A DNA stretch of 64,000 nucleotides, from positions 1-64,000 of the forward strand of contig JBEWZL010000291.1 in the NCBI GenBank assembly GCA_045837725.1. Reading direction: 5' to 3'. Made by a program: the position numbers and the translations under genes. This DNA is from Vermamoeba vermiformis (lineage: Eukaryota). Numbering within the stretch: the first letter of the stretch is position 1; every line of letters begins with the position of its first letter. The notes under the pieces are model-generated. The model did not search any database and was not told the origin of the DNA. It worked only from the letters and a program-made list of their open reading frames with translations. Shown here one piece after another: positions 11,401 to 25,131 of the stretch.

Positions 11401-14231
11401 TTGATTGCCTGATTTCTTCGAGCTTCATGATTATTGATTACTGGGTCGCCAGGCATTAGAGGTGGCACAGGAAATTCAGCGCGTCCATCACAAAGAGTTT
11501 GAATAGCTCTTTCGTACCAAATAAAGTGAAGACATTCGTCGCATCCAAGGAACAACGAGCGCAGTAGGCCATAATATGTACCATCAGGGTTCAGCAGTTT
11601 GATGAAGTATTGAATTTTGATGTCGGTGCTGGAAAATTTTTGTTGGTTGAGAGTATCCATTATTTGTGGCAATATATTGGTAATTGTTGTCGCAAATTGC
11701 TCAAAGCCATCATAGTAGCCAAACGAATGCAGAAGTTCGATCACACCAAGAGCGTTCAGAGTGCCATAACCCCAAAGCCTTTTTTCTCGGCATAACGCCA
11801 ACGCTATTACAGCGTAAGCTCGAGGAAGTTGCGCCTTGCATGTCCAAGTGTGTTCTAGCTTTAGAGTCTCTTTTTGTTGGAAAGCTGAGTGGTCGAAGCG
11901 AAACTTCGTCCAGTATTCTTTTCCCGCCTTCTCTAAGTCTTTCAATTCGATGCAACCCATTGATATTGCACGACAGTATTCTCGTGCTTGAAGTTTGTGC
12001 TCGTGCGCACAAGGTGGAGGTGCCCACACACCATCGTCATCAGTGCAGAGAAGCCAACTCTTCATGGAATTGATCAAAGTACGTGAGTTTGCATGTTGAA
12101 CAAGGTAAGAGTTGCTGGTCATGTTCACTTCGACCAACAGATCGGAGATGAGAGCCAAGAACGGAGTGAGAGACTTGGTGCCATCGGGGATGTACACGTC
12201 AAACGATGAGTGAACTTGCTCGTAGTTCTTCTTCTTTGCCGTCAGCTCTTTGATGATGCAGTCTTGAAAAGCAACACCGTGACCAATTCTGCACTTGATT
12301 CCTCGAGCACAAATGCGACGGATTGCCAATGCCATGATGAACATGTGTGCGTACATTGCCTTTGCGATTCGACCTTTCTCTTCGCGAATGACACCTTCGC
12401 CACAATGCAAGCGAATGCCAAGCTTGAAGTCCGATGCAAAATCAAGCCATTCGTCTTGAATGAACGGGCAGTATGGAAATCCAAGCTCTTCAGAAACTAG
12501 ATCCAAGCCAACGACAGTATTCAGAACACTGCGATTATGGTGGTCTTTCTGCCGCAGCATTTGAAATAGGGTAATCAGCGTATGAAGTATGGGCGTGAAA
12601 TCCGAATAGGCTTCAGCATTCAGCGAATGTGACATCGCAGTATTTGGTTCTTTGATTAACAAGTCCAATGCTTCGGTACTTGTAGCTCTCCTTAGCTCTC
12701 CGTCAATTGGAAGCTTGACAAAAGTCCGAGAAATTCCTAGCAGAAATCTGTATTCCATCTTGCCGCCAGTACCCGCAGGTATCGCATTCCAAACGGAGTT
12801 ATGGACCAAGTACTGATAAATCCAAGGAGTAGTCATATCTTTCCAGCCCAAAGAAAATTCTATATAGCTTGTTCTTGATTGCGCGTAGCTCTGCAACACG
12901 TGATTGAGCAGAAGTGTGAGCGTGTATGGATGTTGCTCGTAGATCGGATCACGAAGCTTGAAGCGCATCGGATAGAACTCGGGTGTGAAGCGGCGTCTGA
13001 AGCGATGAACCAAATCAGAGTTCGATGGTGCTGAGCCGTCAACGTTGAGCATCGTGAAGCAGTTGCGAATCTGAGCCAGTGTTGCCTTTGCTTCTAGTTC
13101 TGTCCCTTCCATGAGGTAACACAGATCCGTGTTGGTGATTCCTGATTGATAGTCGAATTGTTGTGCCTTCGCGTTGAAGAACATGTACTTCTTGAGGTAA
13201 CGGGCACTGTTACCCTTTCGGGTCAACGCCAGTCGTGCAATTATTTCGTGAACCACATTGTCTTTTCCAAGGTTCGTCTTAATGTTCATCGATTCACGCA
13301 AGGCATCGATGTCGAACACTACATCAGTTGTGAAATTGAGGGCTGTTTGCCATTCCCAGTGCGGCCCATCCATTGACGTGCGCGAAAGCTTTTTGCACAA
13401 CTTGGGAGACAACGGTAGATTGAGCCATTCTTTGTCGCGGAAAGATTGAAGAATGTTCGCCACCAGGACCTTTGACAAACGGACTGGCCTTATGTTCTCC
13501 CAGTTCAGCATCGTATAAACTTTCCAATCTTGCTCTTGCAAACCAAGATCCAGCCATTTTTTTTTTGCACTCTCTTCCTTGGAGCCCTATTATTTATAAG
13601 AATGGCAACGATTTAACTTAAAATTTTTTGTGTTACATACCACATCTATTTGCTGATCTCCACCCCAGTCACATTCGACGCGAGTTGAAAGGCCCCAGTT
13701 GCGTATGGTAAATGCTTTTGATATTTGGTTATGAAGAACAGTGAACGTAAATGGATCCGAAGTCGGATGAAGTATCGCATGATAAACACCATCACGAAGC
13801 TAAAAATGTATTAGCTCAGTAAGCCTACGGTAGTCGCTCTTACCTCCATGACTGTGGGATCTTCACGGCCGTACTTTGCAATATAGCTTCCTTCTTTGTC
13901 CGGGGTCTTCAATATAATCTCGAGGGTTGGAAACTCGCGAAAGCACAACGGACCGTACCACTCCAATGACTTCAGTGGTCTATCGTTGTTAGAGAACAAG
14001 TACTTTCGCATGATTTGATCGATCCAGAACGAGTGATCTCCCATTCCCATGAAGTGGGTGTGAAGATCGGCGGTAATTAGCTCCGAATCCAAATACTCGA
14101 GCAATTGAGCGGCTTTTTTCTGGTCCTTTACCCATGCATCTCGTTTGCATTAACATTAGATACTGCTCTTAGTAATTAAGAGAGTACTTACCTCGTGCCA
14201 CCCTATCATCAGGTGGCCCATCACGATTCAT
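8406..14231 (-). CDS. Large protein: adenosine/AMP-deaminase-like amidohydrolase domain, degenerate Lipase_3-like alpha/beta-hydrolase domain, helical/TPR-like C-terminus
   Basis: Deaminase motifs: DLHTHFMG, YIEFS, VVGLDLVSEE, RLHCGEG, RIGHG, VEVNMTSN, LCTDDDG. Lipase-like: IAGVGYSGSAIAVLAG…VWTYGGKQFG…ITRWISLHDRV. Start exon MNRDGPPDD at 14231 splices to the HTH-motif exon. Main exon is ~4.4 kb. Confidence 0.8.
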
Positions 14232-15205
14232 TGCAGCGTAAAACAATTAAGGGGGGTAGGTGATGCAAACGAGTCTTTGAAATGAGATTAATAAGCATTT
14301 GGGTGAAGCGTCGATTTAAATATCAAACGAGACAAAATAATCAAACTTTCTCCGAATCGTCTTCAATATCTCCAATTATTTAAGCATGCAAACCGATCAA
14401 ATTATACTTTAAACGAGTATTTGCTTGTTTTTACCTTGATTCGGCGTTGCAGGGAAGACGTCTTTTGAACGATTTTCGATTTCAGAGCGGAATAACATTG
14501 GTTCAAGTAGTATTTCCTTAAAATAGACCGTCAGTGGAAATATTGACTCGAAATCATTAACAATTTGTAAAACTGCATAATTTTTAATTATCACCCAGGT
14601 AATTATTTAAATATCCACTCGGTTATATAAAGTTAACTTACCAACAGGATGCTGCGCCATTCGCCAGAATTATTAGAGCAAAGCTAGATAAAATTATAAT
14701 GAATATTAAAAATATTTGCAAAAGAATACACAAAAGTCGCGGAATCCGATCGGAGACGCCCGACAATTTAAGACATAATATTAGAAATTACCTTGTTTGT
14801 TAAATAAATTCCAAAAGGAGGCTATTTTATTGGATTGGATTTTTCCGCGGGATGTTGGTTGTTGCTGTTTCATTGGCGGATATTGTACATTGAGGTGCTC
14901 TTCCCAAGTCAATATTAGCTTTCACTGCGTTCATTGCGGTGCAATCCTGCAGGAAAGAATGTTTTTACGACGCGCCACGGGTTGCAATTTTTATTCTGCC
15001 GCTGATCAAGGAACACAAACCATTTTGTCTTCCATTTTATTAACCTTAATATTACTTTCAAGCAATTAGAAAGGATGCTTGCATTATTTCTATTAAATCA
15101 CGAGGAAAGAGAAGATTTTTATTTATTTTCTTTATCGAATCTCGCCAATTTTGGATTTTAGTTGAGTGTATTTCCGCGCATTAACTTCTTAAAGGTCATT
15201 CAATT

Positions 15206-16140
15206 ATGGACGTAGAAAGCATTTTACAATCCGATCTGTTTTAGGTTGATCAGGTCAAAATATTGCGAGTTCTATTTTCTGGTCAATCTCAATATGAATG
15301 CGATCTGCTTGAGTCTTCAATTATCTTCGTAATTATGCTAAATTCTTGCATCAAAGTAATTGACCCGACAGATAGTAGATCTGCTGAGATACCCACTTGG
15401 TAAGCGAGTAATTATAATGGTATTACGGCAATAACCACATTTTGAAGGAGACTTAACAATGAAGAGGTCTTACAGACTTGCAGATCTCGCAGAGTACTTT
15501 CCTGGAGCTACCGGTAAGCAAAATTTTGTATTGTACTTCAGTAACTAACAAATATAAAGGCTTGTATTCGGAGCTTCAGGATCAGCGTACGGAACTCAAG
15601 CAGTACCTGTCTTACACGGGAGAACCTCACTTAAACAACTTGAACTTCTACCTCGCAAAGCCGAAGGAAGGGTGGCAATCTCAATACTTCGTTAACTACG
15701 AGACAGGTAACATCGTCATAATTGATTATTTAAGATTCTAAAAATAGTCGTTTTCAGTCATTCCAACCCCTACGGGTTTAGCTTTGTACGGCGGAGGTTT
15801 TTTTGAGCAACTTTTCCCACTCGGGGCCCTGCAGAGTTTGGTAAGATCGACCTTTTGCGCCAATAGACCAGTACTGATTTGCACCAGAATGAAATAGGAG
15901 TCCTTTCCAAAGTAGGCACTGTTACCTCAGTTTCTGGCCAGATCCCCATGTCAACATTTTCATTATAAACGCGGTACGTTGACGTTTTTTTGAGGCAATG
16001 AATCAATTATAGCAAAATAGGGTGCGCCAGCGCCAGAAGTTGACGAACCTAGCAACAACATCGTCGCTCGATTGTGAGCACTTTCTCCAGGTTGAGTGCA
16101 ATCTGAACGTTGAGTACTCTCATTGACTGGACTTGACGCT
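15206..16140 (+). pseudogene. Degraded multi-exon gene of unknown family
   Basis: Exon-like segments with splice signals (e.g. ORF 15478-15741), interrupted by in-frame stops. Confidence 0.3.
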
Positions 16141-16335
16141 AAGTTTTATGGTCTTCGTGTTCGAATGCTGGACGTTCGACTCTCTTCTTACGCTTTTCAC
16201 CTATATCTCAACACAATCTCGCGGCTTTTTTCGGCCAATCAGAAAAAGGCAAAGTGTACTGGAAACTGACTAATCTTTTGTACTGAAACAAAATGAACTC
16301 GTCTTTGGAATTTAGTTGTCTTATTGTACTTACCA

Positions 16336-16814
16336 ATGAACAACAACAACCAAGTTCGAGTTTTGGCCAAACTCGCTTACGTCACGTTCGCCGACAACAT
16401 TGAAGCGAAGAAAACGGCGCTTCACTTAGCGCTACGTCTCGCGCGTCCTGACCTCTCTGACGAAGCGTGCAGTACGGAGGTTGAAGTCTCGTACGAGTAC
16501 ACTTATGATCAAGCCTACCAATGGCTGGTAAGTTGATAGATCAACTCCAGAAGTTCCTAATCTTTCAATCAGAGTGCTACTCGCATTCCGTTCTTAGAGA
16601 GTCCCAATACCTCCTTAGAGGTATCGTCGGAGAGCTCTTCGGATGAAGAACCCGAATTAAAGAAGTACATCCATGACCAGGACAAACTTATCCTCAACGT
16701 ATTAAACGACTGGCGAATTGGAGGTATGAAGCGCTCCGATGCTGTATACACTTTCGACGTAATTTACTCGGTCTACATAAAGAAGTCGGAGGCCAAAGAA
16801 GAGCTGTTCTCCTA
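16336..16814 (+). CDS. Small two-exon hypothetical protein
   Basis: MNNNNQVRVLAKLAY…DQAYQWL, a GTAAGT intron, then an exon encoding …SSESSSDEEPELKKYIHDQD…EELFS*. Confidence 0.45.
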
Positions 16815-17039
16815 GATCGAGATTTTCGTGGTCCATCTACAACAGCAATCTCTCTAATAGAAACGTTGTAACTCTGTAACGACAATCTAAAGAGATTTGT
16901 TTTTAACTTTCGCTTTGGTGCTTCGATCTCAGCCTAAATCTGCCGTAAATTTAAACAAAAACGAAGTGGATACATGCGTTTCATCTTAGCATTTTAATTT
17001 GGATTATGTACACTAATTAAGCCAATCAAAAGCGCAAGC

Positions 17040-17416
17040 TACGTAGTCGGCTGCCGAATCCTGTTTGGAGGGTGCTTATGAACTTGCATTCCGGGCCAGT
17101 TAGCGTCAACCAAACTCTTCAATTTTATCAATCTTCGGTTTGGTGTTAATTCTGCTATCTATATTTACTTTCAGCATTATTATCTAATTTCCTTTAAAAT
17201 TAGCAAATTGATAATGATTACCTTTTGTTCAATCTCTGATACTTTCCGGCAATAACGCAAACAATCATCAATCATAACGTTCAGATTTGGGTTCTTTTCC
17301 AATGCTGCTTTGTAAAGCCGTGTACTCTCTTGCTTAGATCGTTCTGTGGCTTCTTCCAGTTCCGCTTGTAAAGCCTGCAAAGCAATTGCGTCTGCTGTGG
17401 GTTCCTGTTGTTGCAT
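17040..17416 (-). CDS. Small coiled-coil hypothetical protein
   Basis: MQQQEPTADAIALQALQAELEEATERSKQE…EIEQK followed by an intron. The 3' end is approximate. Confidence 0.4.
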
Positions 17417-17709
17417 GGCTGGACCAAATGAAATGATAGAATAACTGGGTCTCGTTGGTTCAAAAAGGCTGAGCAACAAAAATAATTAAATTATTTCAAA
17501 CCGACAAAAGTCGGTTTTTACTCTAGTGGTAAAAACCACTAGATGAACCAACCGCAGTGGTGGATGCAGCAAAATGAGAACGAAACCCGTTTAAGAATAT
17601 TGGTTGTGAGTTTGTTCAAAGGTAGGCCAAAGCAAAAAATATGCCTGCCAAACATCTGGATTTAGAGCAGTTACAACAGTAAATAGAACTCTTTGAGCAG
17701 CTAAGCAAC

Positions 17710-20235
17710 TTAAGACAAGTTGGTAGTAACGTACTTGCGCATAACAGCGAAGTTGGGAGTACCAAGACCGGTCTAATAAATGAGACATTAAAATATATAT
17801 TACTACATTTGACCAGTTTTACTTACAACTGCGTCCCAGCCCTTGGTGGCACCGTAACCATAAGTGCAACATTGATCAATGCTGCAGTGGTTGTCACCCA
17901 TAGTAACGTCTATATGATCGCGTTAGTAAACACTAGTGACGCAGGTGTCAAGTGGACTCACCGTTAAAAGTAGCAGGGTTGTCGCCATACATCTTGTATA
18001 ACATGGGGTTCAAGAAACCGAGGGGTGCCTTGTTGTTGATAGCGCGAGCGTCGTTCAACAAAGCGATCAAAGCAGCGGCGATGGGAGTAGCAGCAGAAGT
18101 GCCAGCACCAATGGAAACCGAGCCACCACTAATGGTCAACAATCTCGAGCCAACAGCAGAGAAGTCAGGGTAGCCTCTGTTGGCAGCGTTGAAGTACTGA
18201 GAGGGAGGAATGAACAAGTTAGGAGTGCGCAAGTATTGTTGCACGAAGGAAGCCTAGAAGAGCATTGTAAGTTAGTACTGTAAGCACAGCATTACAGTCT
18301 GAAAGTAACGTACTTGATACGCGGGCATCGTAGAGATTTCAGAAAAACCACCGCCAGTAGTCCAAGCGTAGTAACTACACAGAAGAGTTAATGACTATTA
18401 ATCATCACTAAGAACAGAGCTTACGTGTTGTTAGTCATACAAGGCCACTCAGTGACAGATCCACTAACGCAAGGGAAACCTTGTTGGCAGATCGGCAAGT
18501 TGTTTTGAGCAACGCTGCGCTTCAAGTGTTGATCGACAGAAGAAGGAGGAGTCAAAGTGGTACCACTGATGGCAGTGATGTAAGGTGAAGATGACGGGTA
18601 GATGGCAAAGACTGGGTGAGCGGTGTTGGAGCAGTCGGAGTTGGTGGGACCAGGAGCACCTTCGTCTTGAGTGGCGGCCAACATGCTGACACCTGTCAAG
18701 CAGCGTTAATTCTGAGTAATAGCCCGACAAGTTACGCGAGTAGCAACTTACGTCTGAGACCCACTTTGATGAGTTCGACATTGGTTCGGTTGACCCATTG
18801 AGCAACAGACATGCTGCCGCAGTTAGCACCAGTGACAGCAGAGTCGCAAGAGTCAGATTCGGGCCAGCCGTAGGAGATTGAAACAACTTGAGGAGCTTCC
18901 TTCAAGTTGAACAACTCAAGAGCCATTTCGTAGATCCAGCCAGTGGAGACGGTGTAGTACCAGTTGGTGACTGCCGCGACCCGTTAGTCCCTACGCAACA
19001 ACGCATTGTGATACTTACCCTTAGTGCCGAGACCAGTCAAGAGCTCGACGTCCAAAGTGCTCTCGGTGTCTTCTTGGCCCTCAATAAACGGACCGATGAT
19101 CTTAGTGTAGTTGGTGTAAACTTCGTTAGACATTTGGCAGAACTGTTGAACGTCGGTGTAAAGAGGAGAGCCGACGGGCAAGAACTCCATGGCGACTTGG
19201 TTGGTCTTTTGGCTCTTGGCGGCAGTACCGGCAGGAACGTTGTAGACCGAGCGCAAGTTGGAGATGGAGACGTACGGGTAGTTGGCGGATTGTCTGTTTG
19301 AAGCGTTAATAAATTGTATAAGAACGCCTCGTAGAAATAATATCCAGTTTTAAGCGTCTTAAAGACTAAAGCACGCGTAAATCTGGTTGACAAAGTCACG
19401 TGTCAAACGGATCTCGAGCCTTACCTCTTTGCTTGGGCGAGGATTTCTTGCTTCTTTGCAATGTTCAACTTCTCGTTCAACTTGGTGCTAATGTCCTTGC
19501 GAACAAACGGGAACATAGTCAAGCCAGTGATCATGTAGACCTTGTCAGAGATCTCTTCGGGGATAGTGAAGCCTCCAACTTGACGAATGGCGTGGATGTG
19601 AGTCTTGCGAGTGTTTTGGAACTTGTACATGCGAGTTTTGAGCATCTTTTCGACCAAATGAACTGGCGCGGTGATTTTCAAGGCGTCGCCGAAAGACTGG
19701 ACTTGTACGTTACCTGCATAAAATGTTAGACGCCTTTGATATCAACAAACAAAAAGAAATGCTATACATACCGTGGGATTTAAACCAGTTAACAACAGCG
19801 TCGTGGTCTTCCTTGGGTGGGGCGATCAAGGCCATGATCTGTTCTTGGGTCATTGCCTCACCTTTAAAATTTTTGTTAATTACACTAACAATTGTCAAGA
19901 TTAATATTATTACCGTAGCGAGGGTGGGTGGGGTCGCTCACTTCGAACAAGTGTTTCTATATTAAAGACAGATGAGACACGAATCTGTCAAAGAAGTTTC
20001 GTACAGGACGTGATTTGGGATTCAATAATTATGATGCTTAACAATAAAATTATATAATTTAATATTAGAAAGTTACCTCAAGCAAGTCGGTATTGCGTTG
20101 ATGAAGAGCAACGTGGAAAGTAATGGGCTCATCTGCTCTAGCTGAACGAAGCATCTTCCATTCTTTAGGGTCTCTAGAGCACAACACGGCATGCAAGGCC
20201 GCAAGGCAAATAATCGCTATAATTACGGCTTTCAT
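17710..20235 (-). CDS. Secreted sedolisin/tripeptidyl-peptidase I-like serine peptidase (S53) with prodomain
   Basis: Signal peptide MKAVIIAIICLAALHAVLC; ESTLDVE, VVSISYGWPE, WTTGGGFS, RGYPDFSA, GTSAATP, LGFLNPMLY, GWDAV, GLGTPNF. Confidence 0.93.
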
Positions 20236-21001
20236 TGTGGCTGAAAAATATTGTTAGATCTGACATAATATAAGACATGCAAACACATATTGTACATTAA
20301 ATATTAACAACCTTAACTTACCAGTGGTATTTGTCACAAGATACTTAAATAAATACCAAAAAAACCAGTGAAGTAAATTTTTGTCGGGTCAATTGGACCA
20401 TTTGTCACCCAAAAATATCGCTGAGCCCAATGATAATTCAAATAACGCAGGATGTATTTGTTTATGGCCACGGAGTGCTTGCCCTTCTAACTATCCTAAG
20501 TGATGCGTGTTGGGGATCTGAGCATTAGAGTATGCAGGTATCCAAATTTAATATTTTCGGATTTTTGTTGAAAATAAATAAACTCTTGCTCGTGCAACAA
20601 TATTAATTTAACTTGTTTGATTAAAATACAGATTATTTTTCAGATACACGAAAATTATTGCAAAAATCTATTTTACCGGTTTGAAATTATTTAAAAATTA
20701 CCTTATATATTATATAACTTGTTCGTAGTGAATAAACTGGGTTTCTCTTCTAAATTCTTAAGAGAAATATTTTCTTGCTCGAGCCATTCTTTGTTGCACC
20801 GATTTTTGGAATAACATTAGCGCTGATCCTCTTCAGTAATTTGCACAATAAAGACACCACCCTTTGGCGTTGGAATATTTTTCCGATGAGCGCTAATCGA
20901 AACTGGAACTTTCGTACCAATTTTTTCGTTCCGACAGTACGGTACAGAATAAGTTGAAATACTTTGCTTGGCCTTGCGAACAGTACCTAAAGTGTCTAAA
21001 A

Positions 21002-22596
21002 ATGAAGACAATCATTGTTTTGCTTGCTTTACTTTCATTGGTAAGTGAGAAAAGTTAAAGATCCAAGCGTGGATCCACGGATTTGCCTTTTAGAACCGTA
21101 TAACTAGTTTAATATTGACTCCTTATTACGTCTAGGCTATCGCTCAACAGAGGCCAGTGATATTCAGTTCAGCCTACAGTCTCAACGGCAATTATTACTG
21201 GTTTGTTGGGCAGACCGAGATCAGCTCTGGTATCACCACCGAATTGGTTAACACCTTCTATAGTATTGATAGCGCGTACGAATATTACTTACCGAGAATT
21301 TCTTTTTCGCACCACAAACTTTCTATCAGATTCGATTTTTACTAATTTTGATCTGTAGCGCTGGTTATCTTGGAATTTCTGCATTTGATACCGACAAGGG
21401 CGTGTATTATTACGTCAGCGATGGTAGTTCTGGGGCTTTGGGCATCCGCGCCGATGTTTTAAGAAGCACCATAAAGGCTCCGATCGGATTTCAAATGGAC
21501 TGGGTCAACCAGTACGTTTTATGCAGGAGCTACGTCTACGAACTGCATTGATACTAATATTTGTATATAGATTGAATTACGACCCTATCAAAAAGCGTCT
21601 ACTTGGTAAGTTGGTCCTAAGGTGGATGTGATCAACTCGCGAATTGAGTCACTTCAGAGTTGATGAAATGAAACCAGTTAACTAATATATAATATTAAAC
21701 AGTTGCTGGTAGTGGCCGAGGAGTTCCAGCCTTAATTTCAGTTCCAACGGACGAATCCATTAAATCCAGTTCCGGTAAGTACATATGAATACATGTATAG
21801 TATTATACTTACGGTTAATCCCATGCCTAGCGGTAATTACGTTCGATTTTATTGGTAAATTCCGTCTATCTGCTTTGGATTCGGCCAACCAACAGTATTA
21901 CTTCATTACTATGCAGCAAGTCAATAATAGCTATGTAGATTTCTTGATTTATCAGGTGCGTATCCTTTAAAGATCGCATTAGTAGCGATACAAACTAAAA
22001 TTTTTTGGTGCAGCTGGATTTGAACAATCCTGGTCGTGGCGCCGGTCCCACTAAATTGAACTGCCAACGAACGGTATTCCCTAGCAAATTGGTTTGGGAC
22101 TCTCAGCAACAACAATTAATCATGTTTGGAATTGAACCAGGTACGGATTTTTCTTTTTTTTTTTGAGATAATTATGCGAAAACATTTAGCCTTAAACTTC
22201 CTATTAATGTACGATCAACTCTACGATAGTTTATTTTCGGACCAGCTCAATAACAATTTCGCGCACGAGGGGAAATTTCTTCTAATGTTAAAAAAACTTT
22301 GAAAGATTGATCGCCATAGAAATTAACGAGATTTATCCTAATTAGACGTTCCTACTATCAATTATTACACCCACTACATTTCAATAACTGGCGCGTGCGT
22401 TCAAAAGAAACTTGCTATTCCAGGCCCCGACGCACTTTTCACCTATGACCAGTACACTGGCCTCGGCTATGCAGTGATGGCCCCTGGGGGTATTAATACA
22501 TTATACACCTTCAATGCTAGCTCTGGTGCAATTGAAGATAAGGTGGTTTTGGGATCCACCGCCAAAATTCAATCTATTGAACTCGCGTATGTTTAA
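21002..22596 (+). CDS. Secreted multi-exon hypothetical protein (beta-rich, possibly propeller-like)
   Basis: Signal peptide MKTIIVLLALLSL, then repeated SAFD/SALD…YY motifs across short exons. Stop at 22596. Confidence 0.6.
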
Positions 22597-22801
22597 TCGC
22601 GTAGAACCTGAGTCCTCAAGATATGAGCGACGGAAATTTATAGTATTTGTTTCAATGGCTATTCCCACCATTGCTTAATTTGTTATATTCCAATATTGTT
22701 TTGAATAAAAAACCAGATCCGAAGGTCATGGTGCAATTTAGATTTACTTAGGTATGCATTATTGTACGTACAAATGCGTCATTTATTGCTGAATGCTGGA
22801 G

Positions 22802-24856
22802 TTAATTTACCGTGGCCTCGTCACTAATCACTTGCACAGGACCTTGCGGAGTTTTCGTGCGGAGGATAATGATGCATTGGCCGTCGCGCATTTTAATGTC
22901 TTCAGGCCTAATTTTCGTTTTATACAAATTGGCGTTCGGCACTTTGATCGTACGTTCAAATTGACCGCCGGTCCGTTCTCTTGAGAGCACAGCCAAGCTA
23001 TCGGCACCCCCTCCGAATTCTTCAAGAATATTTTGATGGATCAGATTCAGATCTCGTTGGCCTTTAAAACTAAATTAGAATTGATTTTTTAAAATTGTTC
23101 GTATTACAGCACATACCCCTCAGAACGATCGTTCGAGTCGTATTATCGTACTCGACACTCAACTGAGTGCCTGAATTAGGTCTGCTACTGAACCCAGGTA
23201 TATCAACAGCAATAATCAGATTTTGATTTGCTTCGTTTGATTCGGGTTGCAGGACATCGAACTACGAAGAGTGTAAGTAACAAATGTTAAATATTAATAA
23301 TTTTTGTACTTACTAAAGGCTCAAAGCCAGGAGCAGTTCTAACCCAAATAAAGTGACCATCAAAGTGCACGTCAGATTTTCGCAGTCTCAAGTTGCCTTG
23401 CACCAGAAGCACGTTTTCGTGGTGGATCTCGTCTCGCCGTGGCAAATCATCAATTTTTCTGGTCCAATCTGTACACGTCATATTAATAAAACATTGGCGA
23501 GATAGTTAACTTGATTTACCATAACCGAATGCAAGTCTCGGATTTTCAATGACCGGCGCGTCATTATTATTATTATTGTTATTATTGTTCATTTCAAGGT
23601 CAATATCTTCAACTACCACTTCAGCTGGATTAGCGCCAATGTCAATTCTTTGGAACGAGACTGTTTGCACTTCAGCGAGGTACTCCTCGAGGCAGTTCTT
23701 CGCGTTCGTCAGAATCATGTCGGTCAATGATTTTCTGTCGCCTTGTGCTTGCGTCAACAACTTGGAACGAAGCCAGTCAAACACCTTGTTATTCCAGTTT
23801 GACCCGAATTCCGTGGCGTGATTGGCAAGGCAGACGTGATAAATGTTCGGTTTGACCGCGTGTGAATTGGAATTTTCTCCTTTAATTCGTAAAGTCATCA
23901 CTGGCACATCCGGCGCAGTTTTTTCGTAACAAGTGCGACCGTCGTAACTACCCAGCACAAATTTCTGTACAAAAGAATAAGAATCGATATACATATATAT
24001 AAAGCAATGAATTAATGTCTTGCTTACCGACCAGCGCTCATAAGTTTCTTCGGCGGTGTTCGCGTCTTTGTAATTATGAATTACGTAGATCTGAGTCGGA
24101 AGCTTGCGAAGCTGTTGAACTCGGTGCAAGATAGTATCGAGCAACTCTTGGTCGTTGAAAGTGAGTTCATTGAACACCAAAAGAATTACGTCGGAGAGCG
24201 CGATCTGAAGGTCGGAGATGAAGTACTCGAGTGCTTTTTTGTTGGCCATTGTAGTGCGCCAATCAGGTTGACTCAACAATCCCGCAACAGCTTTAACATC
24301 GTTAATAATTGGACGAATATATAGTGCGAAATAACTTACATCCTCGAAGCGGACTGTTTGTTCCGGATGTGTCCAAGTAAATCACGTTTGAGTTGTCGTT
24401 ATCCTTGGGACATAAGAAGCTCAAACCTTTCGTTTGAATTTTACTACCACATGGCAACAATGTTTCCGCGAGTTGATTTATAATAAAAGTTTTTCCGCGA
24501 TCGAATCTGCCCATAATCGAAACAATATTTGGGGGGTCTTTAAAATATTGATCGATTACTCGGCATAGCTCTCTATTCGGATTTTGACTCGCTCGTTCAC
24601 GAAGCCACGGCGAAATCGATACAGGCCATTGTAAACTTAGTCCGTCGCAGATGTTGTTAATGTCAATGACCAGATCGTAGTCCGTGGACTTTCTTTCTTC
24701 TTCTGAACTATCAGACGATTCTTCTTCGATATCGTCCTGCTCTTGGGCGACGTTGTTTTCCAGCACCTCGACAGCAGGTGGGTTTTCATGCTGAACCAAC
24801 TCGACGTCATTTCGTACTGGATTGTCGTTTCGTGCGCGAGTGAGTACGTTGCCCAT
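22802..24856 (-). CDS. P-loop GTPase (TRAFAC-like) with C-terminal HSP20/alpha-crystallin-like domain and an N-myristoylation-like start
   Basis: MGNVLT start; G1 MGRFDRGKT, G2 QTKGLS, G3 LDTSG, G4-like VIHNYKD; C-terminal SRERTGGQFERTIKVP…MRDGQCIIIL. Confidence 0.75.
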
Positions 24857-25131
24857 TGGTGCTGCTATAATAAAGATTTGGTTAGATGTTATGGACAAAA
24901 AAATCGTTTTTAAGCTTTCTTAAAGAATAGAATCCTAGCAATTCTTCGTTAATATTATTCTTTTAGATTCACATAGAATACACGCACTTTTTGTGTCTGG
25001 ATCGAACCAAAATTAAATTTAATTCACTTACTCCGCTAGCGGGTCGAACAAGGCCTTGTACGGGCAGCCTACATTTTTGACTGTCACAGTTTTCCGCCGT
25101 ATTGCTTCGGTTTCAGGATATTGGCACGGTA

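Noticed and set aside
9226-13449. Short overlapping or antisense ORFs inside long genes (also in 18-19 kb, 26-29 kb, 32-33 kb, 39-48 kb and 62 kb)
   Set aside because: Shadow frames of well-supported coding exons, with no recognisable motifs.
23562-23592. AAT/AAC microsatellite as a separate element
   Set aside because: It is a poly-Asn coding tract, common in AT-rich protists.
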